Source: Magnetococcales bacterium DC0425bin3 (GTDB taxonomy: Bacteria; Pseudomonadota; Magnetococcia; Magnetococcales; DC0425bin3). Taken from it: 64,000 nt of DNA. The translations under genes were made by a program, and so were the position numbers. Location: NCBI GenBank assembly GCA_002753665.1, contig PEAP01000007.1, positions 529 through 64,528 on the forward strand. Reading direction: 5' to 3'. This document shows, in pieces, positions 20,084-29,905 of this stretch. Below the pieces are notes generated by a model. The model made no database searches and had not been told where the DNA came from. It worked only from the letters and a program-made list of their open reading frames with translations. Numbering within the stretch: position 1 is the first letter of the stretch; each line of letters opens with the position of its first letter.

Positions 20084-20823
20084 TCCCCGCCGGCAGCCGC
20101 CTTGAGGAAGGCCTTGTTCTGGATGCCGATCAACTGGCGGATGCCCTCCTCGGCCAGGGTGGCCATGGCATCGAACTCTGTCCGGTTGAAAGGGCCCCCC
20201 TCGGCGGTGCCCTGGATCTCCACGAAGCCGCCTTTGCCGGTCATGACGAAGTTCATGTCGGTGTCGCAGGCGGAATCCTCCTGATAATCCAGGTCCAGCA
20301 TGGGGGTGCCGTCGAGGAGGCCGCAACTGACGGCCGCCACCGAATCCATGATGGGCAATTCCTTGATTTTGTTTTGCTCGCTGAGGGTGCGACAGGCATC
20401 CATCAGGGCCACGAAGGCTCCGGTGATGGAGGCGGTACGGGTGCCGCCATCGGCCTGGATCACGTCGCAGTCGATCCAGATGGTGCGGCGGCCCAGTTTG
20501 TCCAGGTCCGCGACCGCACGCAGGGATCTTCCTATGAGTCTTTGTATTTCAAGAGTTCTTCCACTCTGCTTTCCCCGGGTGGCCTCCCGGGCGGTGCGCT
20601 CGGAGGTGGCGCGGGGCAGCATGCCGTATTCGGCGGTGATCCAGCCCCGATCGGGATGTTGCTGGCGCATCCAGCGGGGTTGGCTTTCTTCCACGGTGGC
20701 GGTGCAGATCACCTGGGTAGCGCCGCAGGCGATCAGGCAGGACCCTTCGGCGTGGCGGATGAACCCCCGGGTGATGGTGACCGGACGCAACTGGTTGGCC
20801 CGGCGTCCGTGGGAGCGGCTCAT
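20080..20823 (-). CDS. rph: ribonuclease PH
   Basis: [25 protein letters not shown], with [15 protein letters not shown] and [19 protein letters not shown] motifs. Confidence 0.95.
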   Translation of the reverse strand: MSRSHGRRANQLRPVTITRGFIRHAEGSCLIACGATQVICTATVEESQPRWMRQQHPDRGWITAEYGMLPRATSERTAREATRGKQSGRTLEIQRLIGRSLRAVADLDKLGRRTIWIDCDVIQADGGTRTASITGAFVALMDACRTLSEQNKIKELPIMDSVAAVSCGLLDGTPMLDLDYQEDSACDTDMNFVMTGKGGFVEIQGTAEGGPFNRTEFDAMATLAEEGIRQLIGIQNKAFLKAAAGGE

Positions 20824-20934
20824 GGATTTTGATTCCCTTTGAAAGCCGGATGGCATTTCGGGCATCGGTGCGGCCCGGGATCCTTGTTGGAGGCGTCCCG
20901 GACCGCACGGGTTCGGCGCGAGTTCGCCGGTCGG

Positions 20935-22368
20935 TCAGACGATGCCTTTTTTGGCCCCCAGCTGAATGGCGTTGCTGACCAGGGCATGTACGCCACCCAC
21001 CATGTCCATGGGGATGCCGTACATGGGCAGGATCTTGTTGAACTGGGCTTTGCAGATGGCGCAGATCAGGGCCAGGTAGTTGACGCCTTTTTCATCCATG
21101 ACCCGTTTCAGGGCGGTGATCCGGGGCAGGGCGCCGCGGACCCGCAGATCCATCAGTTCGTCGGTGAGCAGCCCGCCACCACCGCCGCAGCAGAAGGTTT
21201 TTTCGTGGGTGGTATCGGGATCCATGTCCACGAACTTGTTGGCGGTGGCCTTGATCAATGCCCGGGGAATTTCGAACTGTCCGCCGCAGCTGGAGCCCAT
21301 GCGGGAGGCCCGGGCCACGTTGCAGGAGTCGTGGAAGGTGATGGTATGGGCGTCGTTGGCTTCCTTGTCGAAGACCAGGGCGCCCTGTTTGTAGAGGTCG
21401 TAGGTGAACTCGCAGACATGCTGGGGCACCGGATACCGGGGGTCCAGGAAGTCGAAGGGGCCATTGAGGGTGTTCCAGAAACTGTAGGCCACGCGCCAGG
21501 CGTGGCCGCATTCGCCCACCACGATGCGTTTCACTTTCAGTTCCCGGGCCTGGTCGGCGATGCGCTTGGCGATTTTCTGCTTCTGGTCGTAGCTGCCGAT
21601 GAACATGCCGAAGTTGGCCGCCTCGGAGCCGTAGGAACTGACGGTGAAGGAGATGCCGGCCTGGTGGAACACCTTGGCGTAGCCCATGAGGGACTGGATG
21701 TGGGGTTCGCTGAAGAAGTCCGCCGAGGGGGGCACCAGCAGCACTTCGGCGCCTTCCTGATCCAGGGGCAGGCGCACCTCGTGGCCGGTGTTGTCCAGCA
21801 TGTCCTCTTCCAGGAACTGGAGAGTCCCCTTGAGGGCAGGCTGGGGGATGCCCAGGTTGTTGCCAATGGAATGGACCTTGCCGATGATCTCGGTGGTGTA
21901 TTTGTGGCCCACGCCGATGGAATCCATGATCTCACGGGCGGCCATGGAGATTTCGGCGGTGTCGATGCCGTAGGGGCAGAACACCGAGCAGCGGCGGCAC
22001 TGGGAACACTGGTGGAAGTAGGTGAACCACTTCTTCAGGGTGTCTTCGTCCAAGTCGACGGCGTTGACGACCTTGGGGAACAGCTTGCCGGCGGGGGTGA
22101 AGTAGCGGCGGTAGACGCTGCGCAGCAGTTCGGCGCGCTGCACCGGCATGTTGTTGGGGTCCCCGGTGCCCAGGAAATAATGGCACTTGTCGGTGCAGGA
22201 GCCGCACTTGACGCAGATATCCATGAAGACCTGGAGGGACCGGTATTTCTTCAGCATCTCCCCCAGCTTTTCGACCCCTTTCTGTTGCCAGTTCTCCACC
22301 CGGGTGGGGGGGAAATTCAGGGGTTTCATGTGCTGTTCGGCAGCCGGAAAGGGCTGCAGATGGGCCAT
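20935..22368 (-). CDS. dsrK: DsrK-type (HdrD-like) iron-sulfur/CCG-domain protein
   Basis: Two ferredoxin-type Cys clusters (CVKCGSCTDKC, CSQCRRCSVFCP) and CCG motifs (FHDSCN.., FCCGGGGG). Start at MAHLQPFP, preceded by GAGGGA. An upstream GTG at 22443 is an alternative. Confidence 0.85.
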   Translation of the reverse strand: MAHLQPFPAAEQHMKPLNFPPTRVENWQQKGVEKLGEMLKKYRSLQVFMDICVKCGSCTDKCHYFLGTGDPNNMPVQRAELLRSVYRRYFTPAGKLFPKVVNAVDLDEDTLKKWFTYFHQCSQCRRCSVFCPYGIDTAEISMAAREIMDSIGVGHKYTTEIIGKVHSIGNNLGIPQPALKGTLQFLEEDMLDNTGHEVRLPLDQEGAEVLLVPPSADFFSEPHIQSLMGYAKVFHQAGISFTVSSYGSEAANFGMFIGSYDQKQKIAKRIADQARELKVKRIVVGECGHAWRVAYSFWNTLNGPFDFLDPRYPVPQHVCEFTYDLYKQGALVFDKEANDAHTITFHDSCNVARASRMGSSCGGQFEIPRALIKATANKFVDMDPDTTHEKTFCCGGGGGLLTDELMDLRVRGALPRITALKRVMDEKGVNYLALICAICKAQFNKILPMYGIPMDMVGGVHALVSNAIQLGAKKGIV

Positions 22369-22482
22369 GGTTCCCTCTTGGGGCAGAGGGGTTTCGATAT
22401 CCTTCTTGACTTCCGGAACCGCGATGTCAGCCACTTGCCGCACTCCTCGATGTCAGGGGTCCGCTCCTTCGGGGGTTGGGGG

Positions 22483-23193
22483 TCACTCCACCGCCTTGTT
22501 GGCCCAGGGATTGACGTGTTTCCGTTCCCGGGGATTGTCCACCTGGTTGCGTGTGGGGCTGAAGAAGAGGCCGCCCATGTGCATCAGCTTGCTGAAGGGG
22601 AAGATGGCCATCAGCAGCAGGACCAGCACGAAGTGCAACAGGAACAGGGCATCTCCCGGGGTGGTGACCTCCTGGAAGGTGACCCAGTTGATCATGGCGG
22701 TCTTGATTTCCACGATGTCGGGCCGAAAGACGAATTTCATCAGCAGCCCGGAGAGGCCGATGGCCAGGAGCAGCGCCAGGATGAGATAGTCGGCCAGGGA
22801 GGAAATGGCGCGGGTGCGGGCCACCCACAGGCGCCGGATCAGCAGAAACCCCAGGGCCTTCACCATGATCAGTCCGGCGATGATGCCGGCGATCTGGATG
22901 TAGGCGAAGAAGGGGGGCAGGGAATCCACGAAATAGCGCAGGTGACGGATCAGCACCACGGCCAGGGCGGCGTGGAAGAGATAGCCGCCCGCCCAGGTCC
23001 ATTTGTTGCCCTTGAAGAGGCTGTTGAAGAAAGCCACTTCGGTGAAGAGCCGCCAGACCACGCCGCCAGTGCTGGTGGGGGCGGGTGTGGTGGGGATCTT
23101 CAATGGAGCGGGGGATCTCCAATAGGTCAGAATTCGCCAAGTGAAGCCGATGAAGAACACCAGCAGGGCGGCATACGCGATCAGGGCCAACAT
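22483..23193 (-). CDS. dsrM: DsrM-type (NarI-like) membrane di-heme cytochrome b
   Basis: 236 aa with five or more TM helices and conserved His residues (YLFHAAL, LLHFVLV, LMHMGG). Adjacent to dsrK and dsrC. Confidence 0.85.
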   Translation of the reverse strand: MLALIAYAALLVFFIGFTWRILTYWRSPAPLKIPTTPAPTSTGGVVWRLFTEVAFFNSLFKGNKWTWAGGYLFHAALAVVLIRHLRYFVDSLPPFFAYIQIAGIIAGLIMVKALGFLLIRRLWVARTRAISSLADYLILALLLAIGLSGLLMKFVFRPDIVEIKTAMINWVTFQEVTTPGDALFLLHFVLVLLLMAIFPFSKLMHMGGLFFSPTRNQVDNPRERKHVNPWANKAVE

Positions 23194-23337
23194 CGGGCTC
23201 CCTCCCTCCAGAAATGGTGGATTGCAATCGGGGTGGAATCCATAAAGAAACCGGCTGCCATCCGTTCTTCACATGGATGAAGGCGTAATGGCAGCCGGTT
23301 TGCCGGTTTTGCCGGCCACGCGCCGCGAGGGCGTGGG

Positions 23338-23673
23338 TCAGACGCAGCCGGTGGGCTTGGGCAGTCCGGCGATTTTGCAGGCCTGCTTGGCGGGTCCGCC
23401 CGGATACAGGTCGTACAGGTACTTGGTATTGCCCTTGTCCTTGCCGAGTTTCTTGCCGATGGCCTTGGTCAGGATGCGGATCATCGGGGCAATTTTGTAC
23501 TCTTCATAGTACTCCCGCAGGAAGGTGATCACCTCCCAGTGGTTGGTACTCATGTCGATGCTTTCCTGCTCCGCCAGGTAGGCGGCCACATCTTCGTTCC
23601 AGTCGGCCAGATTGATCAGGTAACCCTCTTCGTCGGTTTCGTAGGTGCGACCTTTCAGTTCAAAGCTGGGCAT
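23338..23673 (-). CDS. dsrC: DsrC sulfur-relay protein (both C-terminal Cys present)
   Basis: 111 aa. C-terminal arm ..QACKIAGLPKPTGCV has cysteines 11 residues apart (CysB and the penultimate CysA), the hallmark of true DsrC rather than TusE. Confidence 0.9.
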   Translation of the reverse strand: MPSFELKGRTYETDEEGYLINLADWNEDVAAYLAEQESIDMSTNHWEVITFLREYYEEYKIAPMIRILTKAIGKKLGKDKGNTKYLYDLYPGGPAKQACKIAGLPKPTGCV

Positions 23674-24027
23674 ATTCGCGTCTCCTCGGTTCGTGGCATT
23701 GCTCGATTTTGCCTGACGTGGCGGTTCGAAAGGTGATGGATCATGGGAGGGAGGCGGAGAGTGGGGATACGCGCCCTCGTGAGGTTCCCGCTGAGTTACC
23801 CTTCCCTGGCCTTTGCCCCGGATATTTTCGCATTCATCAGCATATCATGATTTTCGATCTTGCGACAAGGCTCCCCCGCTTCCCTGCCGATGCGAGAGCC
23901 GGACCGCGGTGAAATGGAGCGAGGATCCGGGAGGGGGTGCCATGCCCCCGGAGGGGCAGTGATGGGGAATCCCGGGAGATTTTCCGGCGGGAGTCCGTCG
24001 AGTCCTGGATGAAGTTATATCCCCAAG

Positions 24028-24056
24028 TTGACTTGCATGCAAAGCCCGACCAGAAT
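24028..24056 (+). promoter_or_regulatory. candidate sigma70-type promoter for the ferredoxin gene
   Basis: TTGACT (24028-24033), 17 nt, then CAGAAT (24051-24056), ~85 nt upstream of the GTG start. Confidence 0.3.
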
Positions 24057-24141
24057 GGCTGCCAGCCTCTGGAGCGCAATCGGGCACGAGGCCGGAAACC
24101 GGAATTATTCCATACAGTACCATGGGCAGGGAGGGTCGAAC

Positions 24142-24450
24142 GTGAAACCGAAGCACCACGTGTTTGTCTGCATGAATCAACGTCCGCCGGGACACCCCCG
24201 GGGTTCCTGCGGGACGGCCGGCTCCCGCCCGGTCATGGATGCCTTCGCCGCCGAACTGGAGAAGCGCGGACTGTTCGAGCAGGTGTTTGTCACCGGAACC
24301 TTCTGCATGGGTCCCTGCGATCAGGGTCCAACGGTGGTGGTCTACCCGGAAGGGGTGTGGTATGGCCGAGTGAAGCCCGAGGATGTGGGTGAGATTTTTG
24401 ACCGTCATCTGGAAAAAGGCGAGCCGGTGGCGCGGTTGCGCATCATGTGA
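24142..24450 (+). CDS. thioredoxin-like [2Fe-2S] ferredoxin
   Basis: HHVFVCMNQR...GSCG...FCMGPCDQGPTVVVYPEGVWYG cysteine pattern. GTG start preceded by GGGAGGG. Confidence 0.75.
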   Translation: MKPKHHVFVCMNQRPPGHPRGSCGTAGSRPVMDAFAAELEKRGLFEQVFVTGTFCMGPCDQGPTVVVYPEGVWYGRVKPEDVGEIFDRHLEKGEPVARLRIM

Positions 24451-24511
24451 CCCTGTCCGGCCATCGATTGATCGGCAGGACAGGGGGCGGCTTCTTCGAG
24501 GCCGCCTTTTT

Positions 24512-25690
24512 TCATGCCGATGATGTGGCATCGAACAGCTCTTCGAGCAGACGCTGGTAGAGGGCGGTCAGGTGGTGCAGGTCGGCCACCGGGCAGCGTT
24601 CGTCCACCTTGTGCATGGTGGTGCCCACCAGTCCCCATTCGAAGGTCTGGGGGCAGACGCGGGCGATGAAACGGGCGTCGGAAGTTCCGCCGCCGGTGGA
24701 GAGTTCCAGGGGGGGGGCTTGGGTCCCCCGGACCCGGTGGATGGCCTCCAACAGGGGACCGCCCCGGGAGCGGAAGGGCAGCCCGGAGACGGTGGTTTCC
24801 AGGTGATACGAGAAGCGCCCGCCCGGAACCGCCGCCACGGCCCGATCGAGGATGGTTTGCAGAGTAGCCGTGAGGCTGGCTGGAGTCTGCTCGGTATTGA
24901 AACGGATGTTGAAGGCCGCCTCGCAGAGCCCCGGCACCACGTTGGTGCTGCCGTCGCCGGCGCTCAGGCCGGTGAACTGGACGCTGGTGGGTTCGAAATC
25001 GGCATTGCCGGTATCGAAGACATGATCCGCCAGTTCCTTCAGGGCGCCCAGGGCGGCATGGATGGGGTTGAGTGCCCGGTGGGGATAGGCCACATGGCCC
25101 TGGATGCCCTGGAAGACGATGCGGCCGTTGAGGGATCCCCGGCGGCCGTTCTTGACGCAATCCCCGACCACGGCACTGGCGGTGGGTTCTCCCACCAGGC
25201 ACCAGTCCAGGGTTTCGCCCCGCTGCTGCAGCCAGTCCAGGACCCGAACGGTGCCGTCCAGCGCGTCGCCTTCTTCATCCCCGGTGATCAGGAAGGACAG
25301 GCTGCCCGGGGCAGCGGTGTGACCGAACCCGGGGTGGGCGGTCAGAAAGCCTTCCACCGCCACGGCCATGGCTGCCAAAGCGCCCTTCATGTCGCAGATG
25401 CCCCGTCCCACCAGCTCACCGTCTGCCACCCGGGCGTCGAAGGGGGGGGAGCGCCAGAGGGAGGCATCGCCCGGTCCGACCACATCGGAATGCCCGGCGA
25501 AGCAGAAGTTGGGAGCGGTCTGGCCCCGTCGGGCATAGAAATTTTCCACTTGGCCGAAGCGCAGCCGGTGGATGGTGAATCCCAGGGCCTCCAGATGGCG
25601 GATGAGAATGGTTTGGCAACCGTGATCGCGGGGCGTGACCGACGGGGCGCGCACCAGGGCCGTCGCCAGCTCCACCGGGTCGGTGGCCAC
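24512..25690 (-). CDS. dapE: succinyl-diaminopimelate desuccinylase
   Basis: 392 aa M20 peptidase with a DapE-like N-terminus (L..LVRAPSVTP.D.GCQ..L...L..LGF) and metal ligands (GHSDVV, GDEEG). Confidence 0.93.
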   Translation of the reverse strand: MATDPVELATALVRAPSVTPRDHGCQTILIRHLEALGFTIHRLRFGQVENFYARRGQTAPNFCFAGHSDVVGPGDASLWRSPPFDARVADGELVGRGICDMKGALAAMAVAVEGFLTAHPGFGHTAAPGSLSFLITGDEEGDALDGTVRVLDWLQQRGETLDWCLVGEPTASAVVGDCVKNGRRGSLNGRIVFQGIQGHVAYPHRALNPIHAALGALKELADHVFDTGNADFEPTSVQFTGLSAGDGSTNVVPGLCEAAFNIRFNTEQTPASLTATLQTILDRAVAAVPGGRFSYHLETTVSGLPFRSRGGPLLEAIHRVRGTQAPPLELSTGGGTSDARFIARVCPQTFEWGLVGTTMHKVDERCPVADLHHLTALYQRLLEELFDATSSA

Positions 25691-26542
25691 TCACATCTCC
25701 CGGAGCAGTTCGTTGATGGCAGTCTTGGCTCGGGTCCGGGCATCCACCGTCTTGACGATCACCGCGCAGTAGAGGTTGGGTCCCGGGGCGCCGTTGGGCA
25801 GAGGCTTGCCGGGCAGGGTGCCGGGCACGACCACGGCATAGGGGGGGACATGACCGGTGCGGATTTCTCCGCTGGCCCGATCCACGATGGGGGTGGAGCG
25901 GCCCAGATAGACCCCCATGGAGAGGACCGCCCCCTGGCCCACGATCACCCCCTCGGCCACCTCGGAACGGGCGCCGATGAAGCAGTGGTCCTCGATGATC
26001 ACCGGGTTGGCCTGGAGGGGCTCCAGTACCCCACCGATTCCGACTCCGCCGGAAATGTGGACTTCCTTGCCGATCTGGGCACAGGATCCCACTGTGGCCC
26101 AGGTATCCACCATGGTGCCGCTGTCCACATAGGCGCCGATGTTGACGTAGGAGGGCATCAGCACTGCTCCGGAGGCGATGAAGCTGCCCTTGCGCACCGT
26201 GGCCGGAGGCACCACCCGGCAGCCGGCGGCCCGGAAGCGGGCTTCGTCCCAGCCGCTGAATTTCAGGGGGACCTTGTCGAACCAGCGGGTCTCGCTCTGG
26301 CCCAGGGTCTGGTTGTCGTGCAGCTTGAAGAACAGCAGCACGGCCTTTTTCGCCCACTGGTTGACCACCCAGCCATGGGTGGCTTCCGGATGGCCGGGGC
26401 TCCGTTCCGCCACCCGCAGGCTGCCGCTGTCCAGGCCCTCGATGACGGCCAGGACCGCCTCGCGAACCTCACCCTGGGTGCGGAGGTTGATTCCTGCCCG
26501 GTTTTCCCAGGCTTGTTCGATGATGCTTTTGAGATCGGCCAT
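25691..26542 (-). CDS. dapD: tetrahydrodipicolinate N-succinyltransferase
   Basis: 283 aa with hexapeptide-repeat core and a DapD-like N-terminus ([10 protein letters not shown]). Abuts dapE. Confidence 0.95.
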   Translation of the reverse strand: MADLKSIIEQAWENRAGINLRTQGEVREAVLAVIEGLDSGSLRVAERSPGHPEATHGWVVNQWAKKAVLLFFKLHDNQTLGQSETRWFDKVPLKFSGWDEARFRAAGCRVVPPATVRKGSFIASGAVLMPSYVNIGAYVDSGTMVDTWATVGSCAQIGKEVHISGGVGIGGVLEPLQANPVIIEDHCFIGARSEVAEGVIVGQGAVLSMGVYLGRSTPIVDRASGEIRTGHVPPYAVVVPGTLPGKPLPNGAPGPNLYCAVIVKTVDARTRAKTAINELLREM

Positions 26543-26570
26543 TGTTCCTCAGTCCGTGATTCCTGATTGA

Positions 26571-27767
26571 TCACTTCATGTCCCGGGCGCAACGGGCCAA
26601 GCGTTTCATGGCCTCCCGGTTCACATCCGGGGGGGCCACCAGGGCCACCCGCACATAGGGGTTGCCGGGGTTGCCCGCGCCGTGGTCCCGGCCCAGGTAG
26701 GCGCCGGGCAGCACAGTCACGCCGTGATCGGCATAGAGGGCGCGGGTGAAGGCCTCGCCGTCTCCGGGGACCTCCAGCCAGAGATAGAAGCCGGCCTGGG
26801 GACGATTGACCGGCAGCACCGGAGCCAGAATCGCCTCGGCATCGGCCAGCTTTTCCCGGTATTGGCGGCGGTTGTCCTCCACATGGCTTTCGTCCTGCCA
26901 GGCGGCCACCGCCGCCGCCTGGATAAAGGGTGGGGTGGCGCAACCGGTATAAGTTCTGAGCTTGAAATAACCCGCCAGCAGGGCAGCGTCTCCGGCCACG
27001 AAGCCGGTTCGGGCGCCGGGCATGTTGGAGCGCTTGGAAAGGGAGTGGAACACCAGACAGCGTTCGAAACCGGTGCGGCCCATCCGCCAGGCGGCTTCCA
27101 ACAAACCGGGCGGCGGCTGGTCGTACCAGATTTCCGAATAGCATTCGTCGGAGGCGATCACGAAATCATGCCGGTCGGCCAGCCGGATCAGGGCCTGGAG
27201 TCGTTCCAGGGAAAACACTGCCCCGGTGGGGTTGGACGGGGAGCAGAGATAGAGCAGTTCCACTCGGTCCAGGAGTTCCGGGGCGAGACGTTCGTAATCC
27301 GGCAGCAGGCCGTTGGCGGGGGTGGCGTTCACATAAAGTGGTTTGCCGCCGGCCATGAGGGTGGCCCCTTCGTAAATCTGATAGAAGGGGTTGGGCATGG
27401 CCACCAGGGGCGGAGGCTCGCCGGGGGAAGGATTCAGCACCGCCTGGGCAATGGAGAACAACGCCTCCCGGGTGCCGTTGACCGGCAGCACCTGGGTTTC
27501 GGGGTCCACCTGTCCCAGACCGAAGCGGCGGCACAGCCAGCCGGCCATGGCCTGGCGCAGGTCGGTTTGACCCCGGGTGGTGGGGTAGCGGGAAATGCCG
27601 TCCAGGGCCTGGGCCAGGGTTTGGCGCAGGGCCGGGGCCACCGGATGCTGGGGCTCGCCGATGGAGATGTTCAGCGGCGCAAGACCGGTGGGGGGGGCAA
27701 TCCCTGCCAAAAGCGCTGCGAGTTTTTCGAAAGGATAGGGATGCAGTGTGTCCAGGGCGCTGTTCAT
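26571..27767 (-). CDS. dapC: succinyldiaminopimelate aminotransferase (DapC type)
   Basis: 398 aa class-I aminotransferase (LHPYPFEKL, IGEPQH, SLSKRSN PLP lysine). In an operon with dapD and dapE. Confidence 0.85.
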   Translation of the reverse strand: MNSALDTLHPYPFEKLAALLAGIAPPTGLAPLNISIGEPQHPVAPALRQTLAQALDGISRYPTTRGQTDLRQAMAGWLCRRFGLGQVDPETQVLPVNGTREALFSIAQAVLNPSPGEPPPLVAMPNPFYQIYEGATLMAGGKPLYVNATPANGLLPDYERLAPELLDRVELLYLCSPSNPTGAVFSLERLQALIRLADRHDFVIASDECYSEIWYDQPPPGLLEAAWRMGRTGFERCLVFHSLSKRSNMPGARTGFVAGDAALLAGYFKLRTYTGCATPPFIQAAAVAAWQDESHVEDNRRQYREKLADAEAILAPVLPVNRPQAGFYLWLEVPGDGEAFTRALYADHGVTVLPGAYLGRDHGAGNPGNPYVRVALVAPPDVNREAMKRLARCARDMK

Positions 27768-28786
27768 TGGAGCCTGACCGGTGGTGGTGTGGGTCTGGCG
27801 GCAGTGTCCCGGGAAGCGGACTCGGCCAGGGACAGCGCCTTGGAATTGGCATCGGGGATGGCCGGAGGGGTGGGGACCGAATCGGCCATCACCCTGGGGC
27901 CTTCATCGCGAATGTTGGCGGACAACCAGCGGACCAGATCCATCCAGATGTTCCGGATTTCGGTTTCGGTGGGCATGATGCCGGCATGGGTCAACTCGAT
28001 GGTGACGATGGGGATGCCCTTTTCCACTCCCGCGAACCGTCCCAGTGAACCGGGATAGGTGCCCATGGGATCCAGGTAGAGGTGGCCCAGGCGCTGGGGA
28101 GGGGCGGCCCTGGGACCGTCAAAATCCAGCAAACCGAAGGGGGCATGGACCGCAATGATGACATGGGGATTGAACGCCATGATTTCATTGTGTATCCAAC
28201 TGGATTCGGGTTCGCTTAGCGGGCTGGGCCCCGGATAACGGCGGGGGTCCCGGTCCGTGCGGACCACCCAGTATTGCTCGCTGTCCCGATCCCAGTCCTG
28301 GGTGGGGAAATTGCGGTTCAGGTCCACCCCCCGGGCATTGGTGCGCTGGGATTCGCTCCGCAGCAGGCCATCCGGGTTGACCAGGGGAGCGATGCGCCAA
28401 TGGAAAAGACCTGTATGGAAACGGTCCAACTTTTGCAACCAATCGAACACGATACTGACCGAAGAGTATTCGTCACCGTGAATGCCGCCCAGGAGCAGGA
28501 CCCGGGCCTGGGGTGTGCGGCCTTCGGCCGGGGGATATTCCCTGATCAGAATGGGAGCTCCCTCGACCGATTGGCCGCCGGAAGGTGCCAGATTTCGGTC
28601 CAGACATTCCTGGACATTGACGCTGGCCAGCTTGTTGCCGATCCTGTGGCAGAGCTTTTGGGCCTCCCCCTGGGGGGTCAGCCGGGGCAGGACCAGTGGG
28701 CTTTCGGGCGGTGGCTCTGTGGCCGGACAGGAGTCCGGCAGCAAGAGCATGACCGTCAGCAGGATCAGCCACCAGGAAATCGCCAT
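27764..28786 (-). CDS. M14-family zinc carboxypeptidase / murein-peptide amidase-like, secreted
   Basis: HGDEYSS zinc motif, VNPDG, NRNFP, and a late H in VIIAVHAP. Signal-like N-terminus MAISWWLILLTVMLLL. ATG alternatives at 28837 and 28894. Its stop overlaps the dapC start. Confidence 0.75.
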   Translation of the reverse strand: MAISWWLILLTVMLLLPDSCPATEPPPESPLVLPRLTPQGEAQKLCHRIGNKLASVNVQECLDRNLAPSGGQSVEGAPILIREYPPAEGRTPQARVLLLGGIHGDEYSSVSIVFDWLQKLDRFHTGLFHWRIAPLVNPDGLLRSESQRTNARGVDLNRNFPTQDWDRDSEQYWVVRTDRDPRRYPGPSPLSEPESSWIHNEIMAFNPHVIIAVHAPFGLLDFDGPRAAPPQRLGHLYLDPMGTYPGSLGRFAGVEKGIPIVTIELTHAGIMPTETEIRNIWMDLVRWLSANIRDEGPRVMADSVPTPPAIPDANSKALSLAESASRDTAARPTPPPVRLQ

Positions 28787-29050
28787 GTCCTGGGAAGAGG
28801 ATGGCGGAGAGGAATGCGGATGGCTGGGAATATGCATGGGGTCCCTGGCGTGACATGTTGCAAGGCTCTTTCCATAAGCCTGTGGACAGACCATGGGGGG
28901 AGTTTTACTTTACCTGGATCAGGCGCGTCAATTCGAATTGGATCTGGCCGTGACGGTGCCCGGAGAGAGGTTGCCGGAGCGCTGGTGTTGATGGTATGAG
29001 CTGACGGTCGGAGTTTCTGTGGAATTCTCAGGGAAGACGGATTGAAGACG

Positions 29051-29905
29051 ATGAACAGGCGTTTATTCCTGAAAGCTGCCGCAGTGGGAGCCCTGGGAGC
29101 CCTGGGAGCCCTGGGGGTCTTGGGGGGAGGCATTGTCCCCGAAGCACGGGCGGCTGTCCCGGACCCGGGCAATGAAGATCTGGTCCGCCTGGCATTGACG
29201 CGGACCCGCCAGTTCCAGGAACATCTGGAAGGGGATATCTTTCTGGATCCGGCCCGCTTCGGTCTGCTGGAATCCACCATCCAGCGGTTCCAGAGGTTGC
29301 AGACCCTGGTGGGGCATGCCCAGTTCCATCTCATGAATTTCGACGAAGCCCTGGCGGTGGCTCGAAACCGGCCCCAGGTGGGCGCCTTCCCCCGGGAGGA
29401 GACGGACTTCCTGGATGCGATCTTCCATGAAACCGCCACCACCTACGGCTTCATGGGGCAAAAGCCGCTGAACAATATTACCGACCGGATCCCTCCCAAG
29501 GAAGTGACCAAGGTGGCCGCCACCGGCAACTTCCTTTACAAGGGAGCTGCCGTGAAGCTGTACAAGCAGATCCAGCGGGACATCGGCCCCAAGGTGGTTC
29601 TTACCTCCGGCGTGCGCAGCGTGCCCAAACAGTTCCTGCTGTTCCTGACCAAGACCTATCAGGCCAGCGGCAACCTGTCCCTGGCGTCCCGTTCCTTGGC
29701 CCCTCCCGGGTATTCCTATCATGGCATCGGGGATTTCGATGTGGGGCAGGTGGGCTATGGCCAGGCCAATTTTACCGCCCGCTTTGTGGAGTCGGAGGTC
29801 TTCCAGCGTCTCCAGAGGTTCGAATACACCCGCCTGAGGTATCCCAAGGATAACCTCCTGGGGGTCCGCTTCGAACCCTGGCATATCAAGGTGGTGAGCA
29901 GCTGA
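29051..29905 (+). CDS. Tat-exported M15-family (VanY-like) D-Ala-D-Ala carboxypeptidase
   Basis: Twin-arginine signal MNRRLFLK. SGVRS, PGYSYHGIGDFD and EPWH motifs of peptidase M15. Confidence 0.8.
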   Translation: MNRRLFLKAAAVGALGALGALGVLGGGIVPEARAAVPDPGNEDLVRLALTRTRQFQEHLEGDIFLDPARFGLLESTIQRFQRLQTLVGHAQFHLMNFDEALAVARNRPQVGAFPREETDFLDAIFHETATTYGFMGQKPLNNITDRIPPKEVTKVAATGNFLYKGAAVKLYKQIQRDIGPKVVLTSGVRSVPKQFLLFLTKTYQASGNLSLASRSLAPPGYSYHGIGDFDVGQVGYGQANFTARFVESEVFQRLQRFEYTRLRYPKDNLLGVRFEPWHIKVVSS

